From assembly GCA_943704425.1 (NCBI GenBank), contig CALSCP010000905.1:1-64000 (forward strand): a DNA stretch of 64,000 bases. The letters run 5' to 3'. A model generated the notes under the pieces. It worked only from the letters and a program-made list of their open reading frames with translations. It had not been told where the DNA came from and did not search any database. Every line of letters begins with the position of its first letter. Within the stretch, counting starts at the first letter, position 1. This stretch comes from Ministeria vibrans ATCC 50519. Lineage: Eukaryota > Protista > Filasterea. Made by a program: the position numbers and the translations under genes. Below are positions 1 to 12,653 of the stretch, in pieces.

Positions 1-196
1 GACATTGAACAACATGGCTGGTGTGTTTGAGGCACAAGGAGACTACAGTCGTGCTCTTGAGTTCTTTAATCGTGCGCTGTTCATTTACAAGCGCGCTTTT
101 GGCGATTCACACTCGAGTACAAAGTGGACCGAAAATTCTCTCGACGCCGTTCGTCGTCTTTCCAACCTTTCAAATCGCGCTCAATCCTCCGAATAA
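1..196 (+). CDS. C-terminal end of a TPR-repeat protein (kinesin light chain/TPR_12-like); 5' part lies outside the window
   Basis: LNNMAGVFEAQGDYSRALEFFNRALFIYKRAFGDSHSST matches the KLC-type TPR consensus; TAA at 194-196; AATAAA motifs at ~275-284. Confidence 0.8.
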   Translation, partial: TLNNMAGVFEAQGDYSRALEFFNRALFIYKRAFGDSHSSTKWTENSLDAVRRLSNLSNRAQSSE

Positions 197-361
197 CTCA
201 TACTCAGTTCCTTCTCCTTTATTCCCATTCGTAAATTGCAATATGACCCTCGCATTTGCATTTGCCAAGATGTAATAAATAAAAATTAATTCTGTTGTAT
301 TTTAAGTTGAGCTCATTTTGCTTCCGTCCAAAAGATAAGTATAAAAAACGATAAAAAATGT

Positions 362-2233
362 TCAGGGGTCCAGAGAGACACTCTCAAGAGACTGGAGAAG
401 ACGTTCTTCCTCGGCCACCTCAAAGACAAGACCCACAAGCGCATTGTTGTACGCCTCGATGCGCTTGCGTTTGAGAGCAATGCTCGCGCGCAGATCGTCA
501 ATGTGATGGGGAGTCGTAGGAGGAGGCGCAAGGTCGGTGGCAAAGGACGATGGAAGAGCGGTGTACGAGATGGCGGAGCGAGGAGGCTCCAGTGGAGAGG
601 CGCTGGAACGGCAGTCCATGCTGTCGTCGGCAGCTGAGCTTGCGTCCGTGGGCACTGTCATGTCTACAGTGAGCAGATCACATGAGCCTCGTATGTTTCA
701 CTCTTTTTGTCGTACCTTGTTGCGCTTGTGCTGCTGCGTGCGAGGCCATGACAAGCAAGGGGTCATAGCGGGGCTCGGGTCTGTGATAGTAGTGGTCGTC
801 GGAGGAGGTGGAGGGCGACGATGGTTGAGGCTGGTAGTAGGCGGGTTTGATGGGGGACGGGACGGGACTGGTCATCTTGGCGGTGGTGGTGGGGAGCAGA
901 CGGGTGATCTGGGGTACTTGTGCAACAGGTGAGAGGGGAATGGTGTGATGATGATGTGGCATGGTGGTGACAGTAGTAGAGGTGCTTGTGTTGGTGGGGC
1001 GTGGTGAGAGAGGCGGCGAGTGCACCGTCTTGCTGGCATGATGGCGCGACTGAGCACTGCGCCGCAGGTCCTTTCCCCTTGCGGCTGCACTGCCGCCCCG
1101 CAGACTTGTTGTCGTGCGGCCTCCCATAACGGCCTCTACCTCGTCCTCTTCCGTGTATGCTCCTGCCTCTCCAGTCCCTCCAGCACGTCCCGTTCCGCCA
1201 TACGTAATGTCTCGAAACGCTTTGCTCTTCTGGATTGTGTTGATCAGCGGGTTCACAATAGACAGCACATGCGAAAGTGCCCAATAGTACGATGTCCCTC
1301 GCGAGTTACTGTGCGATCCGCGTCCCTACCAACCCATAAAAAGAAAGCCGTCAATATATTATCTCTCGTTCTTTCTGTGTGCCACACTTCTTCATTTTAC
1401 CTTCCCTGCCCCTTGCGGTTGCTCTTGCTGTCTCGGAATGAGCTGTACCACATAGCTCTTTTCTGGTTTCTGTCCCACCGTCTTCACCAACAGTCCATAG
1501 CGATACACATCTATTGGTTTTAACACCATACTATGAGTTCATTCTGTCTCGTGCTCCCGTGTGCTTGTACCGGGATTGTATGCTTTGAACTTTCGCACAA
1601 TTGTCGTCGTAATGTTTGTTTTCACACTCATACTCGCATTGAGCAAATTCAACACAAATTCGCCTACAGTATAAAAACATTAATAATAATAATAAACTAA
1701 TAATAAATGAACAACAAACAAACTGAAACATTCTGTCATACAAATGTGTAACATACCAATTGAACGAGTCGACAGATAAAACTGCGGCGTTCCATGAATG
1801 TCTGACAGTACAAGTTGAACAGGAAAATCGATCCAGTGAGTCACCTGCGATAAGAGAGACGCATAAGAAGTGAAAGGGAGCAAATGAAAAATTCAAAAAA
1901 AAAAGAAGCAAAACAATGAGAGTACCTCATAGACCTTATTCGTCTCCATGGCGGGAAACGACGCTTGGGCCCGCTCGCAGAGAGCATTGAGTCGTTCGCG
2001 GACGACGCTCTCGGGGATGATGGTTGCTGCACAACAGTGTGTTTCACGCGACATCATCTCGCACCGTCACATCCCACCGTACCTCCCGTTTCGAGCCCGT
2101 CGTCGTCGTCGCCGCTGCTTCCGTCTTCGCCACGGGTGCTTGTGGACGACCGCGACAGATGCCGCCGGCCAGAGCGCGTCGTGTACAGCGAATCGACGGA
2201 ATCTCGGCGATCAAGCAAGTCGGGCGTTGTCAT
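362..2233 (-). CDS. Spliced gene of unknown function (about 7 exons): globular N-terminal half, low-complexity S/T/P/H-rich middle, short C-terminal coiled coil
   Basis: GT-AG joins keep one frame: MTTPDLL..LETG|ATIIPESVVRERL..NKVYE|VTHWIDFPVQ..RSI|GEFVLNLL..KAYNP|DVYRYGLLVK..GAGK|GRGSHSNSRGTSYYWALSHVL..QQ|DMTVP..HIDDLRASIALKRKRIEAY..DP*; alternative start at 2263. Confidence 0.65.
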
Positions 2234-2849
2234 GATTCCTTGTTGAACGCACACAGTGGCCATGCAGACTTGTAAACGAGCAGTTCTACACCAGCCTAGT
2301 CAGAACACACACCGCTCCAAAGACTACCGCAAAGGCCAAGTGCGTGCAACAATGCGTTGCGTCAACACGAAGTATTTCGCAAACAGACAGACCGTTTTTT
2401 TTTTTTCAAATTTTTGGGGATTTGAACTCGCACAACTGAAAAAGATACAGTTGCACGGCCACCGCTCCAATCGTCAACGAATCATGTGGCGTGTCTATTC
2501 GCATGTCGACCATGCGGCCGTTGCACAAGAAGTCGCAGCAGATGAAGAAATGGTTCAAACCAAAACAGAATGTACAAATGAATATACAACAACAGAATGC
2601 ATCATGCAGCGTTGCCACGTACCGTCTCAAAAGAGAAGTGGTGGTAGTGTTAGCAAGAACGAAGAGCGTGTTAAAAATTTACAATTATACAAATTCCAAA
2701 ATTCCAAACGAATGTAACAGAAAGATTATGTGATTATTATTTATTCCTGAAACGTAAAAACTAAAAGTCAAAATATAACTTTTTTTGTCCTTTTTCGTGC
2801 TTCTCGCCGGTATAGTTGGTACGCTCTTTACTCTTCGGATCCAAGAACG

Positions 2850-5800
2850 ATGGTAAATAGAAGAAAAAAAACCAAAATTGTTATGTACCTGTCAAAAAAA
2901 AATTCAAAAAATGAAGAAAAAACGGAACACTCTTGAGACTGTCTGGTTTTGGCCCTCTGGCGCTGATCAGACCCCTGTGGCCACCACAACCACCATATCA
3001 TTCTCTTTTGGCTTGACTCCCGCCCGATACTCTTCTGAAGTCTGTTCAACGTTTCGGATTTTCAGTTTGACACACTTTTACTTTTTTTTCAAAAAAATCT
3101 TCTTTTTTTCTTTTGAAGGACTCGGAAGAGAATAGCCAAGCGAGCAGCAACGCATCGTCGCAGAAACACCCGCGAGTTCGAAAGGAAATGGATGGGAGTG
3201 CGGCGGCGTCGGAGATCGGCACAGAAGAGGAGTTTGCAGTGAGCGCCGTTGACAGCGCGAGTTCGTTGCCGATGTACGCAGACGATCCGTTTGAGGACGA
3301 CGACGACGACGACGGCAGCGGGGCCGACGGCGAGCCGTTGTCGCGTGTGCCCAGCGACGCCAGTGCTTCCCGGCGTCTTCCGGGCCTGCCGGGCGTTGAT
3401 TCGCAACTGTCCGCTGCACAGCTCGCTAAGCTGCTCAGTCCCGGCTCTGGCTCGGGGCCGCGCCCGAACGACTCGCTTCTCAGCGACGTCAGCGAGTCTG
3501 CTGAGTACCAGGGCGGCGTTCCCCCGCCGGCTGCCGTTGCTGCCGCTGCAGCCTCGCACGCCCGTCGTCAAGCGGCCGCTGCGACTGCTGCCCTCAACAA
3601 CAACACCGACAACAACGGCAGCAACAGCAGCAGCAGCAGCAGCAGCAGCGACCGCACTTGCAACGTGGAGGCGCTGCTGCAACGCGTCTCGACAGGGGCC
3701 CCTCCGTCGCAGTCGTTGGTGGACGACCTTGCCAGTGCGCTGCGCAACACAGTCGCCAAGAACCACTCGTATCTCAACGACGTGCGCAAGCTCAAAAAAC
3801 ACACCGAGGTGCTCAAGGACATGGAGCTAGATCTGGCGAGCGCCGACGCCGAGCTGTGGCATCGCCGATTTAGCGAGGTGATTCGTGCGCACGCGGCCGA
3901 CTCGAAGACCATGAGCGCCGAGAAGGCTCAGCTGGAGCAGGCACTGCAAGTGGTCGAATCCAAGTTGGAGGAGATCAAGGCAAAGCGCACATCGTCGCTG
4001 TATCGTCAGGAGCGCGACAAGCGTCTCGAACTCGAGGCACACGTGGAGGTACTCGAGACACACGTGGAGGTGATCAAGAACAACGAACTGGACCTTGCCA
4101 ATGCAGAAATGGAGGAGCTTCAGAAGCACTATGGGGCAATTCATCAGGATCAGAAGACGCGCATCGACTTTCTCAGCGAAGAAAATGCCTCGCAGGCCAA
4201 TCAGCTTGCACAACTACGTGACGAACTGGAGCAGTCGCGAGCAGCGTCCAAGGCTGACATTGGCGCGGTCAAGGAGGAGCTGGAGCAGTCGCGAGCAGCG
4301 TCCAAGGCTGACATTGGCGCGGTCAAGGAGGAGCTGGAGCAGGCACTGGACGATGTGCGTCGACTGCAGATGGAGCTGGACGACGCAGACGACGTGGTTG
4401 CACAGCACAAGCGACGCGTTTCCGAACTCGAGATTCAGGTGGCCCAGCGCGACGATGTGCTGAACCGATCGGAGCGAGGCGACGCGGCCGCTGCTCAGAC
4501 GCGCGTCGACGAACTCGCAGCAGAGTTGGCGGACCGCGACGAGACCATTCTTGAACTGCAGGGCACTGTGCTCTCGCTGCGCACGGACGAGGAGGAGAGC
4601 CGTGCGCTCATTCGTGACCTCGAAGAAACTAATCAGTCCTTGCGTGACAAGGAGAAGCTTGCACGTCGCACATCGGACCAGTTTGAGGCGGCGCGCGACG
4701 AACGCGACGCCATGCTTGCCAACGAGTCACTGTACAAGGCGCGCATCGACGAACTCGAAGAGGAGCTCAAGAAGGCGCAGGAGGCACTGGAGGAGGCGCG
4801 TGAGCAGCTTGACGAGCAGACGAAACAGGGCGAGGCAATTACGGCAGTACGTGGCGTGCTTGACGAGAGCATTGAGAAGTTGCAGGAACGCGTTGAGGTG
4901 ATGCGACGAGAGCGGGATGAGGCGCGTGAGCAACTCGACGATGCCGAGGAGGAGCGCGTACAGCTTGAACGGGCTCTCCAGGCGTCGTCCGAGTACGCCG
5001 AGCAGATGCAGACGGATCTGACGCGTGCAAGTGAGGAGCGCGACGAACTGCAGGAGGAATTGCAACATATTCGCGAGTCGCACGGCGACGTTGCCGAGCG
5101 ACTCGATGATGCCGAAGACGACACTGGCGATGCTCATGAGCGCATCGAGTCGCTCACACTCGAGCGCGAAACACTCCAGCAGGAACACGCGAGTCTGCAA
5201 GCACGCTATGGGACACTGGCTCTTGAGCTGATTGAGGCAAAGCGCGCGGCGACCGAGGAGGCCGAAGACGCCACGGTCATGGCGCAGGAGGTTGACGACA
5301 TGAAGCAGCAGTCGGATGGGTTGCGTGCGCGCGTTGCTCAACTCGAGACGGAACTGGAGACACTCGCTACCACACGCGATCTCACGGCGACACAGCTCGA
5401 ACAGCGCCTTGCCGATCAGGCACACGAGCTTGCTGAACAGGCGGATGTTGCTCAGCAGCTGCGCGCCGAGAAGGCGCGAGCCGACAGTGCGTGCTCCGAC
5501 TGCTACAAGCAGCTGGCCGAGGCCAAGCAGCAGCTGACGGCGGCCGTCGAGCGCAGTGATGTGATTGAGACAGAGCTTGCTGAGGTGCGTCTTGCACACA
5601 GTCAGCAGACGCTTGACGTGGGCACGATGCGCGAGAAGCTCGCTGACTTGGATGCGTCACACAAGACGGTCGAGCGACAGCTCACGTCGACGTCTATGGA
5701 AAACTTTGATCGGGTGGAGCAGCTTGTGGCGGACAAGGCGGAGCTGGTGAAACGGTGTGCCGACCTCGAGGAGGAAGTCGATCGTCTGTCGCAGTCGGTT

Positions 5801-8800
5801 GCCGACGCGATACGCGAGCACGAACGGGCTACGGATGACATTGACACGCTGCGCTCGCAACTCGACGCTGAACGCAACTCGGTGCAGCAGCTCACGGCCG
5901 AGGCGGAGCGCGAGCAGCAGACGCGCGAGCAACTTGAGGCAAACGTGGCGAGTCTTACTCATGCGCTGAAGGTGGCCGAAGATCAGGTGCAGGGGCTGGT
6001 TGCGGACCGCGAGGCTGTCGACACCGAGATGGAACGACTGCGCGAGCGTCTGCGCAACGAAGACGGTGCACACAGTGCGGCGGCCAAGGAGCGCCTGGCC
6101 GAGCTGGACCAGGCCAAGACACGCGCCGACGCGACGAAGCTCGAATTGGATGGCCTTGATGAGCAGGTGGAGGCGCACCAGCAACGTATTGCTGAACTTG
6201 AGAAGCAGCTTGCGACCGCTGAGGAACAACGGGGCGAGACTCAACAGGAATTGGTGCGCAGCAAAGAGGACCTCGTGGATTTGTCGCGCAAACTGGAGGC
6301 GGAACGCGAACGTGCCACACACATGTCGCAGCGTGTAGCGCGTGCGGCTCAAGAGTCGGTGATGGCGCGCGACACGGCTGACGGCGCGCTTGCGGGCGTG
6401 CGCGACGACTTGGCGACAGTTCGCATTTCGCTCAAGGAGTCCGAGGGAGCGCGTGTACAGCTGTTTACTCAGTTTGAAGAGACACAAAGCGATGCGGAGC
6501 GCGAACGCGAAGAGCAACGACTCAAAGAGCTGCAGGAGGCCGAGCTTGTCATGGTTGATGCTCTGGCGCACGCGCGTGACCAAGTGTCGGCTGCGCAGGA
6601 GGCCGAGGAAACCATGCGCAAGCAACTGGCCGACGCCGAGATGCGCGCCGACGTGGCGGGCGCCGAACGCGACCGCTTCCAGTTGGCGCTCAACACGGTA
6701 CACGACAAGCACGCAGCAGCACTCGAGGAGGCCCAGCGGGTCGCCGACAAGGCACTTGCGGACAAGGATCGCGATGCGGATCGGGTGCGTGGTGAGGCGG
6801 CCGTTGCGCTTGACGAGCTCAAGCGACAACTCGAGGATGAACTGGCTCGCGTCAACGACAGCCTCGAAGCGGCCCGCGAAAAATTACGCGTGTCGGAGGC
6901 GGAACAAGACGAGTTACGTGAGAAGCTGGCGGGCGTGGCACGCGGTGAGGCAGTTGCTGTGGCCTCCATTGAGGCAAGCAAGCTCGAGCAGGACTTGGCG
7001 TCGCAAGAGGCAGAGCGGCTGCTGGGCGAGATCAAGGCGTTGCGCGAGGCACTCGAGGGAGCACGACGCGACTTGGCGCAACGCGAGGCGGAACTCCGTC
7101 GGGCCAATGAGGATATTGCTGCGATGGATGAGACACTTCAGCGCGAAGTCGGTGCACATGCAAAGGCGACGCGCAACGGGGCGGACGCAGACCGTCGCAT
7201 CGAAGATCTCCAGGTGGCCCTTGAAGCAGAACGGGCACAGCATGCCATTGCCGAGTCCGAGGCGGTGGCGGAGCGCGAGCAGGTGCGACGTGTCAAGGCA
7301 CAACTTGAGCGTCTTCGAGCGGAGCGCGACAGCTCGTTGTCGCAGTCGCAACGCGAGGTCGAGGCGGATAAGGACCGTGTGACGGACCTCGAGGAGGCGC
7401 TGGACATCAAGGAGAAGCAGTACGCACGTCTAAGTCGCGATCTCGCTTCGGCCCAAGATCAAGTGACGCAGTTGGACGAACAGTTGCAGCAGGAGCGTGA
7501 GGCGCGCAAACGCATCCGTGCCGAAGCGGCATCGCTGCGTACCAACTCAGCGGCTGACGCAGGAAGAGTGCAAGAGCTCGAGATGATGCTTGAGGAACGC
7601 GAAGAGATGTTGGAGCAAGTGCGCAAGCGATGGCGTGCCGAGATTGAGGCGCGTGACCGCGAACTGGGTGAGCGTGACATGGATGCGGATCATTTGCGAC
7701 AGAGTGTGGCAGATGTACACGAGGCGCGCGGCGGTGAGTTTGATCGAGTCAAGGAACGCATTGCGGCGCTCGAGGAGGAGGCAATTGCGGCCGAGGAGGA
7801 ACACGCCCTGGCCATTGAGGGTGTCGAGGAGCAACGCAACGATGCGCTCAACGACCTCGCCATGGCCATGGAGGAGTGTAAACGTCTGCAGACAGCCCTT
7901 GACGAGCAAGGGCGCGACGCTGAGCAGACGCAACTGGACCTTGAACGACAGTTGACGGATGTGAAGTCGGCGCTTGCGCACGCTGAGGCGGAGAGGGAGC
8001 GACTGCAGGAGCGAGTGAACACACTCGATCAGTTGCTGCGTGCGGCAGAGTCGGAGCGATTGGGTCAGGAGGCGCTCGCTGTGTCCACACTGCGGCAAGC
8101 ACTGGCGGATGCACAGCGTGAGCTTGCTGAAGCTCAAGAAGAGTGGTCTTGCGAACGCGAGAGCTTTGAGGAGCGTCTGGCCGAACTTGCGGAGCGTCTG
8201 GCCGAGGGTGAGCGCGAGCTGGCGGCTGCACACGACGACCACGAGGCAACCAAGGCGGCTCAGGCACGCATGGCGGCGGTACACGCCGAACGTATTGCCA
8301 CTGTGGAGATGGGCGCGCAGCATGCGCTGGAACAGCGTGAGGAGTCATTGCGTCGAGCGATGGAGGAGGCACGCGATGCTCACGACGGTCAACAGGCGGC
8401 GGAGCAACGTTTGGAGCGAGCAATGGCGGAGGCGGGGGCACAAGCAGAGCGCACGAGTGAGCGTGTATACGAGCTCTCTGAAGAACTGACAAGTGTGCGC
8501 ACGTTGACGGAGCATCTGCGGGCCGAGCGTGACGCACTACGTGAAGCGACTCTCGACATGTCGTCAATGTCGTCTCCAGGTCGACCCACGAGCGAGCGAC
8601 TCTTGCGTGCCATTGGCGAGAGCGAGCGACTCGACGCGGCTCTCGTGGCCGTCTCGTCGGCAGCGGCGGCAGCGGCTGCAGCGACTGCGCCTGGCGAGGA
8701 GCTGGGAGCGTTTGGTGATGGCAAACGATGGCGCGATCGACTGCGCGACCTTGAGGAGGAATTGAACCGTGCACGCTCAACCATTGCCGCACAGCAGCGT

Positions 8801-10969
8801 GCCCTGACAGAGGTGGGCCAGGTGCAGGAGGAGGTGATTCGCGAGCAGCGTCGTCTGTATGGCGAGGCGGACACGGCCGACTTGCCGGACGCTGTGCAGC
8901 TGTTGCTGGCGCAGGTGGAAGACGAAGCGGATGCGAGCGCGTTTGACGACGATGCCGAGGCACTGAATGCGGCGGCTGCACGTATGCGGGATCTCGAAGA
9001 GACGTGTACGGCGACACATGAGCTTGCGAAGAATGTACAGACGCAGCAGCAGACTCTGGCACGTGTAGCACGTCAGGGTGACACCGACGCGATGGGCCAG
9101 GTGAAGGATGCCGTGGCGCAGATGCGTGATCAGATGAACGAGCTGCAGGCACTGCGCAATCGTCGAGACTCGTTGCAGGCACGTTGGGAGACCGAGAAGG
9201 AGGGACTCGAGCGCGAAATTGCCGAACTGCGCAATGCGTTGGTGCGTGCAGAGGCCCAAGCGGCCCACGAGCGTGCCACAGCCGAGGCGGATCGGGAGCG
9301 TGAGCGCGACACCCAGACAGTGCAAGCGGCGGAGGCAGCGCGTCAGGCACGCGACCAACTTGATGAGTTGGAGCAGCAATTGGCGCGCGAGCAGGAGAAG
9401 GCGGCGACGCAGCAGCGTGAGCTCCAGCACCAGCAGGAGCAAACACAGCGACTGCAACAGCTGTGGGATCTCGAACGTGAGAGCATGGCGAACGAGACAG
9501 AAGCGATTCGTGCCATGCTGGCCGAGCAAGAGCCGAGTGCACCGAGTGATGTGGCAGCAGCAGTGCCTGCTGCGACGCACCCGCACGAGTCGCCAGCGGC
9601 CCACAGCGAACTTCGTGCGGCTGTGCGAGCGCAACAGGAACAGATGCAGCGTCTTGAGGACCTTGTGCGTGAAAATGCACAGTTGCGGGAGCGAGGCGAG
9701 GGAAAGGCGGTGGCTGCCGCGACAGCAGAGCAGGTACGTGCTGCCAAGGAAACACTCGAAGAGGCGGAGCGAAAGGCACGCGCACTCGATGGCCAGTTGA
9801 AGGAGGCGTCGGCACAGCGTCGCGAGGATCGGGCGCGTCTGGCACAGATGGAGCGCGAGCAGCACGAGCTCATTGAGCAGCTGACGGAGTTGGAGGATGC
9901 GGATCGTGAGTCGCAGTTGGAACTGCGTGCGATGACGGCCGAGCTTGGAGCGCAACGAGAGGCAAATGATGAGTTGCGCGCACGTGCACACGAGTTGGGG
10001 GCGACCGCCCAGGCGTACGAAGGGGAGTTGCGTGCGTTGGAGGGACGGGTGAGTGAGCTGGAGCAAGAGCGAGGTGCACTGTTGGCGCATGTGCACGAGC
10101 TGGAGGAGGCACTGGAGACGGCGGGACACCAAGAGGACGCGCTACGTGCGGAATTGGAGCAAGAGATGGACGAGAAGGCGCGAGCGCGACGGGCGCAGCA
10201 GCAACTGGGCGACGAGATGGAGCAGACAGCGGTTGCACAGCGTCGTGAGCACGAGCGCATTGGCGAGCTGGAGCGCGAGCGCAAGGCGCTTGTGGCACAC
10301 GTGCGAGACATTGAGGCGGCTGCGGATCGACTGCAGCGCGAGAAGGCGCGACTCGTGACCAAGGTGCAGCAGGCGAAGGAGCAGGCGGAGGCGGCCGAGG
10401 ATGAGCATGCGGCGGAGCAGGCGGCACTGCGACGTCAAGTGCAGCGCATGCAGAACGACGTTGAGGACCAAATGCGCTCGTCGGTGGCCGCGACGCAGGA
10501 CAACGAGCGACTGCGCGATGAGGCCGATCGGCTACGACGCGACCGTGCTGCATTGCAAGAGGAACGCAAGGCACTGCAGCAGCAACACGAGGAGCTTGCG
10601 TCACGCGCCGAAGCGGACATTGGTGCGGCGTCAACCTTGGCGAAGGTGGCACGCGATGGGGAGCGTGAGCGCACGCGCGCACGACAGTTGCAAGCGCGGT
10701 TGGCACGTACCGAGACTTTCCGTCGTTCGCTCGCCTACCAAAAGACCTACTTGGTGATGCTTTTGGGTGGGTTTGAGGCGGGCGAGCAGGCGACGCTTGC
10801 CTATATTGCGCGTCTCGGCCTTGACGAGCAACAGGCGCGTGGGGGCACGCCGGCCAAGCGACGCGAGCGTGCGCGTGGCAGGTTCCTTGCTGCCGCCCGA
10901 GCTGTCGTTGCCACAGTGCGCATGAAGAAATTTGCTGTGAGATGGAGTCGCGTGAGAGCGGATGTTTGA
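2850..10969 (+). CDS. Pericentrin/AKAP9-like centrosomal coiled-coil protein with C-terminal PACT domain (~2,600 aa)
   Basis: 2618-aa heptad-rich ORF ending in LARTETFRRSLAYQKTYLVMLLGGFEAGEQATLAYIARLG..RGRFLAAARAVVATVRMKKFAVRW (PACT consensus, ~10690-10950). Likely ATG-only first exon 2850-2852 (ATG|gtaaat) spliced in frame to ttttgaag|GAC at 3119; the alternative start is ATG 3188. Confidence 0.88.
4223..4342 (+). repeat. In-frame 54-bp tandem duplication (ELEQSRAASKADIGAVKE x2 plus a partial third unit)
   Basis: Near-identical nucleotide copies at 4223-4276 and 4277-4330. Confidence 0.9.
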
Positions 10970-11249
10970 TGAGTGAAGTGGCTTTTAGTATCATTTTTTT
11001 TTAAAAAAGTTGTACATGATGATATATGCATTGTGCGATGATGTAGAGTGGTAGTTACTAGCGTCTAGCAAGGATCCAGGATTCTTGTAAGAATCGTTTA
11101 AGTTGTTGATTGGCGCTTTCGTCAAAAGTAAAAATTATTATTATTTTTATATACATACAGTTTTGTATATAGTTTTGTTTTGACATTGAGTACAGCTCTC
11201 GATTTTGTATTTATTTTATTTATTTTATTTACAATGAAATTTTACAATA

Positions 11250-12579
11250 ATGAATACGAGGAGTAATTATTATATTATTTTGATGGTTGCTGTGCTTCTG
11301 TCCCTGCTGATTGGTCTTGCCAGCGCCCAGCACAATTGGCAGCACGACTGGACCACGGCAGCTGGCGGGCAGTTTATTGATTTGCGGGCTCCTAACGGGT
11401 ACACAGACCAGCAAATCGACTTCCTGGCGACGCACTATGCGGTTGTGTCGCTGGAGAAGTGCACGGGCGCCTCTGCGGGGCTCACGACCGAAGCAGCCAA
11501 CTGGGGCATTGCGCGTCGCCTGAAGAACACCAATCCCAAGTTGAAGGTGATCTTTTACTGGGGCGTGCGTCAGCAAGGTCTGAGAGTGAGTGGGAGAGAG
11601 GAAGGTTTGGCTTGTGTGTTTACTTCTGGGCACGCTAACAGGACTGCACTGCTACGCTGCGCACGACGAGTACGCAAACCACCCCGAGTGGCATCTGCTC
11701 GATGACAATGGCAATCCTGTGGTGGAAAACGACGTGAACATCATCGATCCGACGGTTGAGGCGGCGCGGCAGTGGTGGGTCTCGGTGCCGCTGAATGGAA
11801 CCCACGGGGATCTGCCGCTGGCCGACTTGATTGACGGCACGCTTGCCGACGGATTCAGCGACAACTGTCCGGCGAACATATCGAGCGCGCGCTGTGAGCG
11901 CCTTGTCGCCGCCTGGCACGACATGGTGCAGGAGCTGCAGACGCTGTTTGCGCATCAGAACAGTGGTGTTGTTGTGGGCAATGGCATCAACATGTACCCA
12001 CAGTCGCACGACCACAACTTGCCGACGCTGTCCTTTATGCATGGTGTGATGGTCGAGCACTTTGCCGTCTTTGAGTGTGTGCTACCCAGCGGACTGCTCA
12101 ACGTGACGCGCGTCAACGAACTCATTCACATCATTCAAAACGTCGTCGCATCGCGTCCCACCAACATCTCTGTGGTTGTATCGACCTGGCCGGGGCCCAT
12201 GGTGCAGCCTATTAGCTCGTTGGGGCCTTCGTGGCCCGCGTCCTTTGGCACGTCGCCTCCGACGCACGCCGCCCGTCGCCAAGCTCTCGTTGAGCTTTTT
12301 CCCAATGCCCTTGCGTCGTATCTCATCCTGGCCGAGCGAAATGTCTTTATGGCGTACGAGTACTGGTACACGGACACGAGTGGGGCGCTTCCGTGCCCCG
12401 ACACGCCCGACTCGTGCTCGGGCCCTTGGCCCTGGTACCCCGAGCTCACCCGACCGCTCGGCGAGCCTTTGGGTCCTGCGCGCCAAGTTAACGGCACTTT
12501 GTGGACGCGTCATTTTGAACATGCGACTGCCACTCTGAATCTTCTTGATCAGCGGCAGAGTCGTGTGGATTTCTTTTGA
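11250..12579 (+). CDS. Secreted putative glycoside hydrolase, GHL15 (PF14885)/GH168-like; one intron 11578-11641
   Basis: Hydrophobic signal peptide; QIDFLATHYAVVSLEKC, ARRLKNTNPKLKVIFYW, HPEWHL and YPELTRPLGEPLGPA..WTRHFEHA motifs; in-phase join CAAG|gtctga..ctaacag|GA. Confidence 0.7.
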
Positions 12580-12653
12580 GTTATATTACGCCTGTCATTC
12601 CGATTATTACTTATCCGAAAAACGAATAAAATAACATTAATTTTTTCCTTACG

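Noticed and set aside
2256-2733. 153-aa and 80-aa + strand ORFs between divergent genes
   Set aside because: No motif or host-like codon bias and no convincing splice structure; treated as intergenic
7848-10994. Long antisense ORFs (up to 665 aa) opposite the coiled-coil gene
   Set aside because: Expected shadow ORFs of GC-rich biased coding sequence; no recognisable motifs
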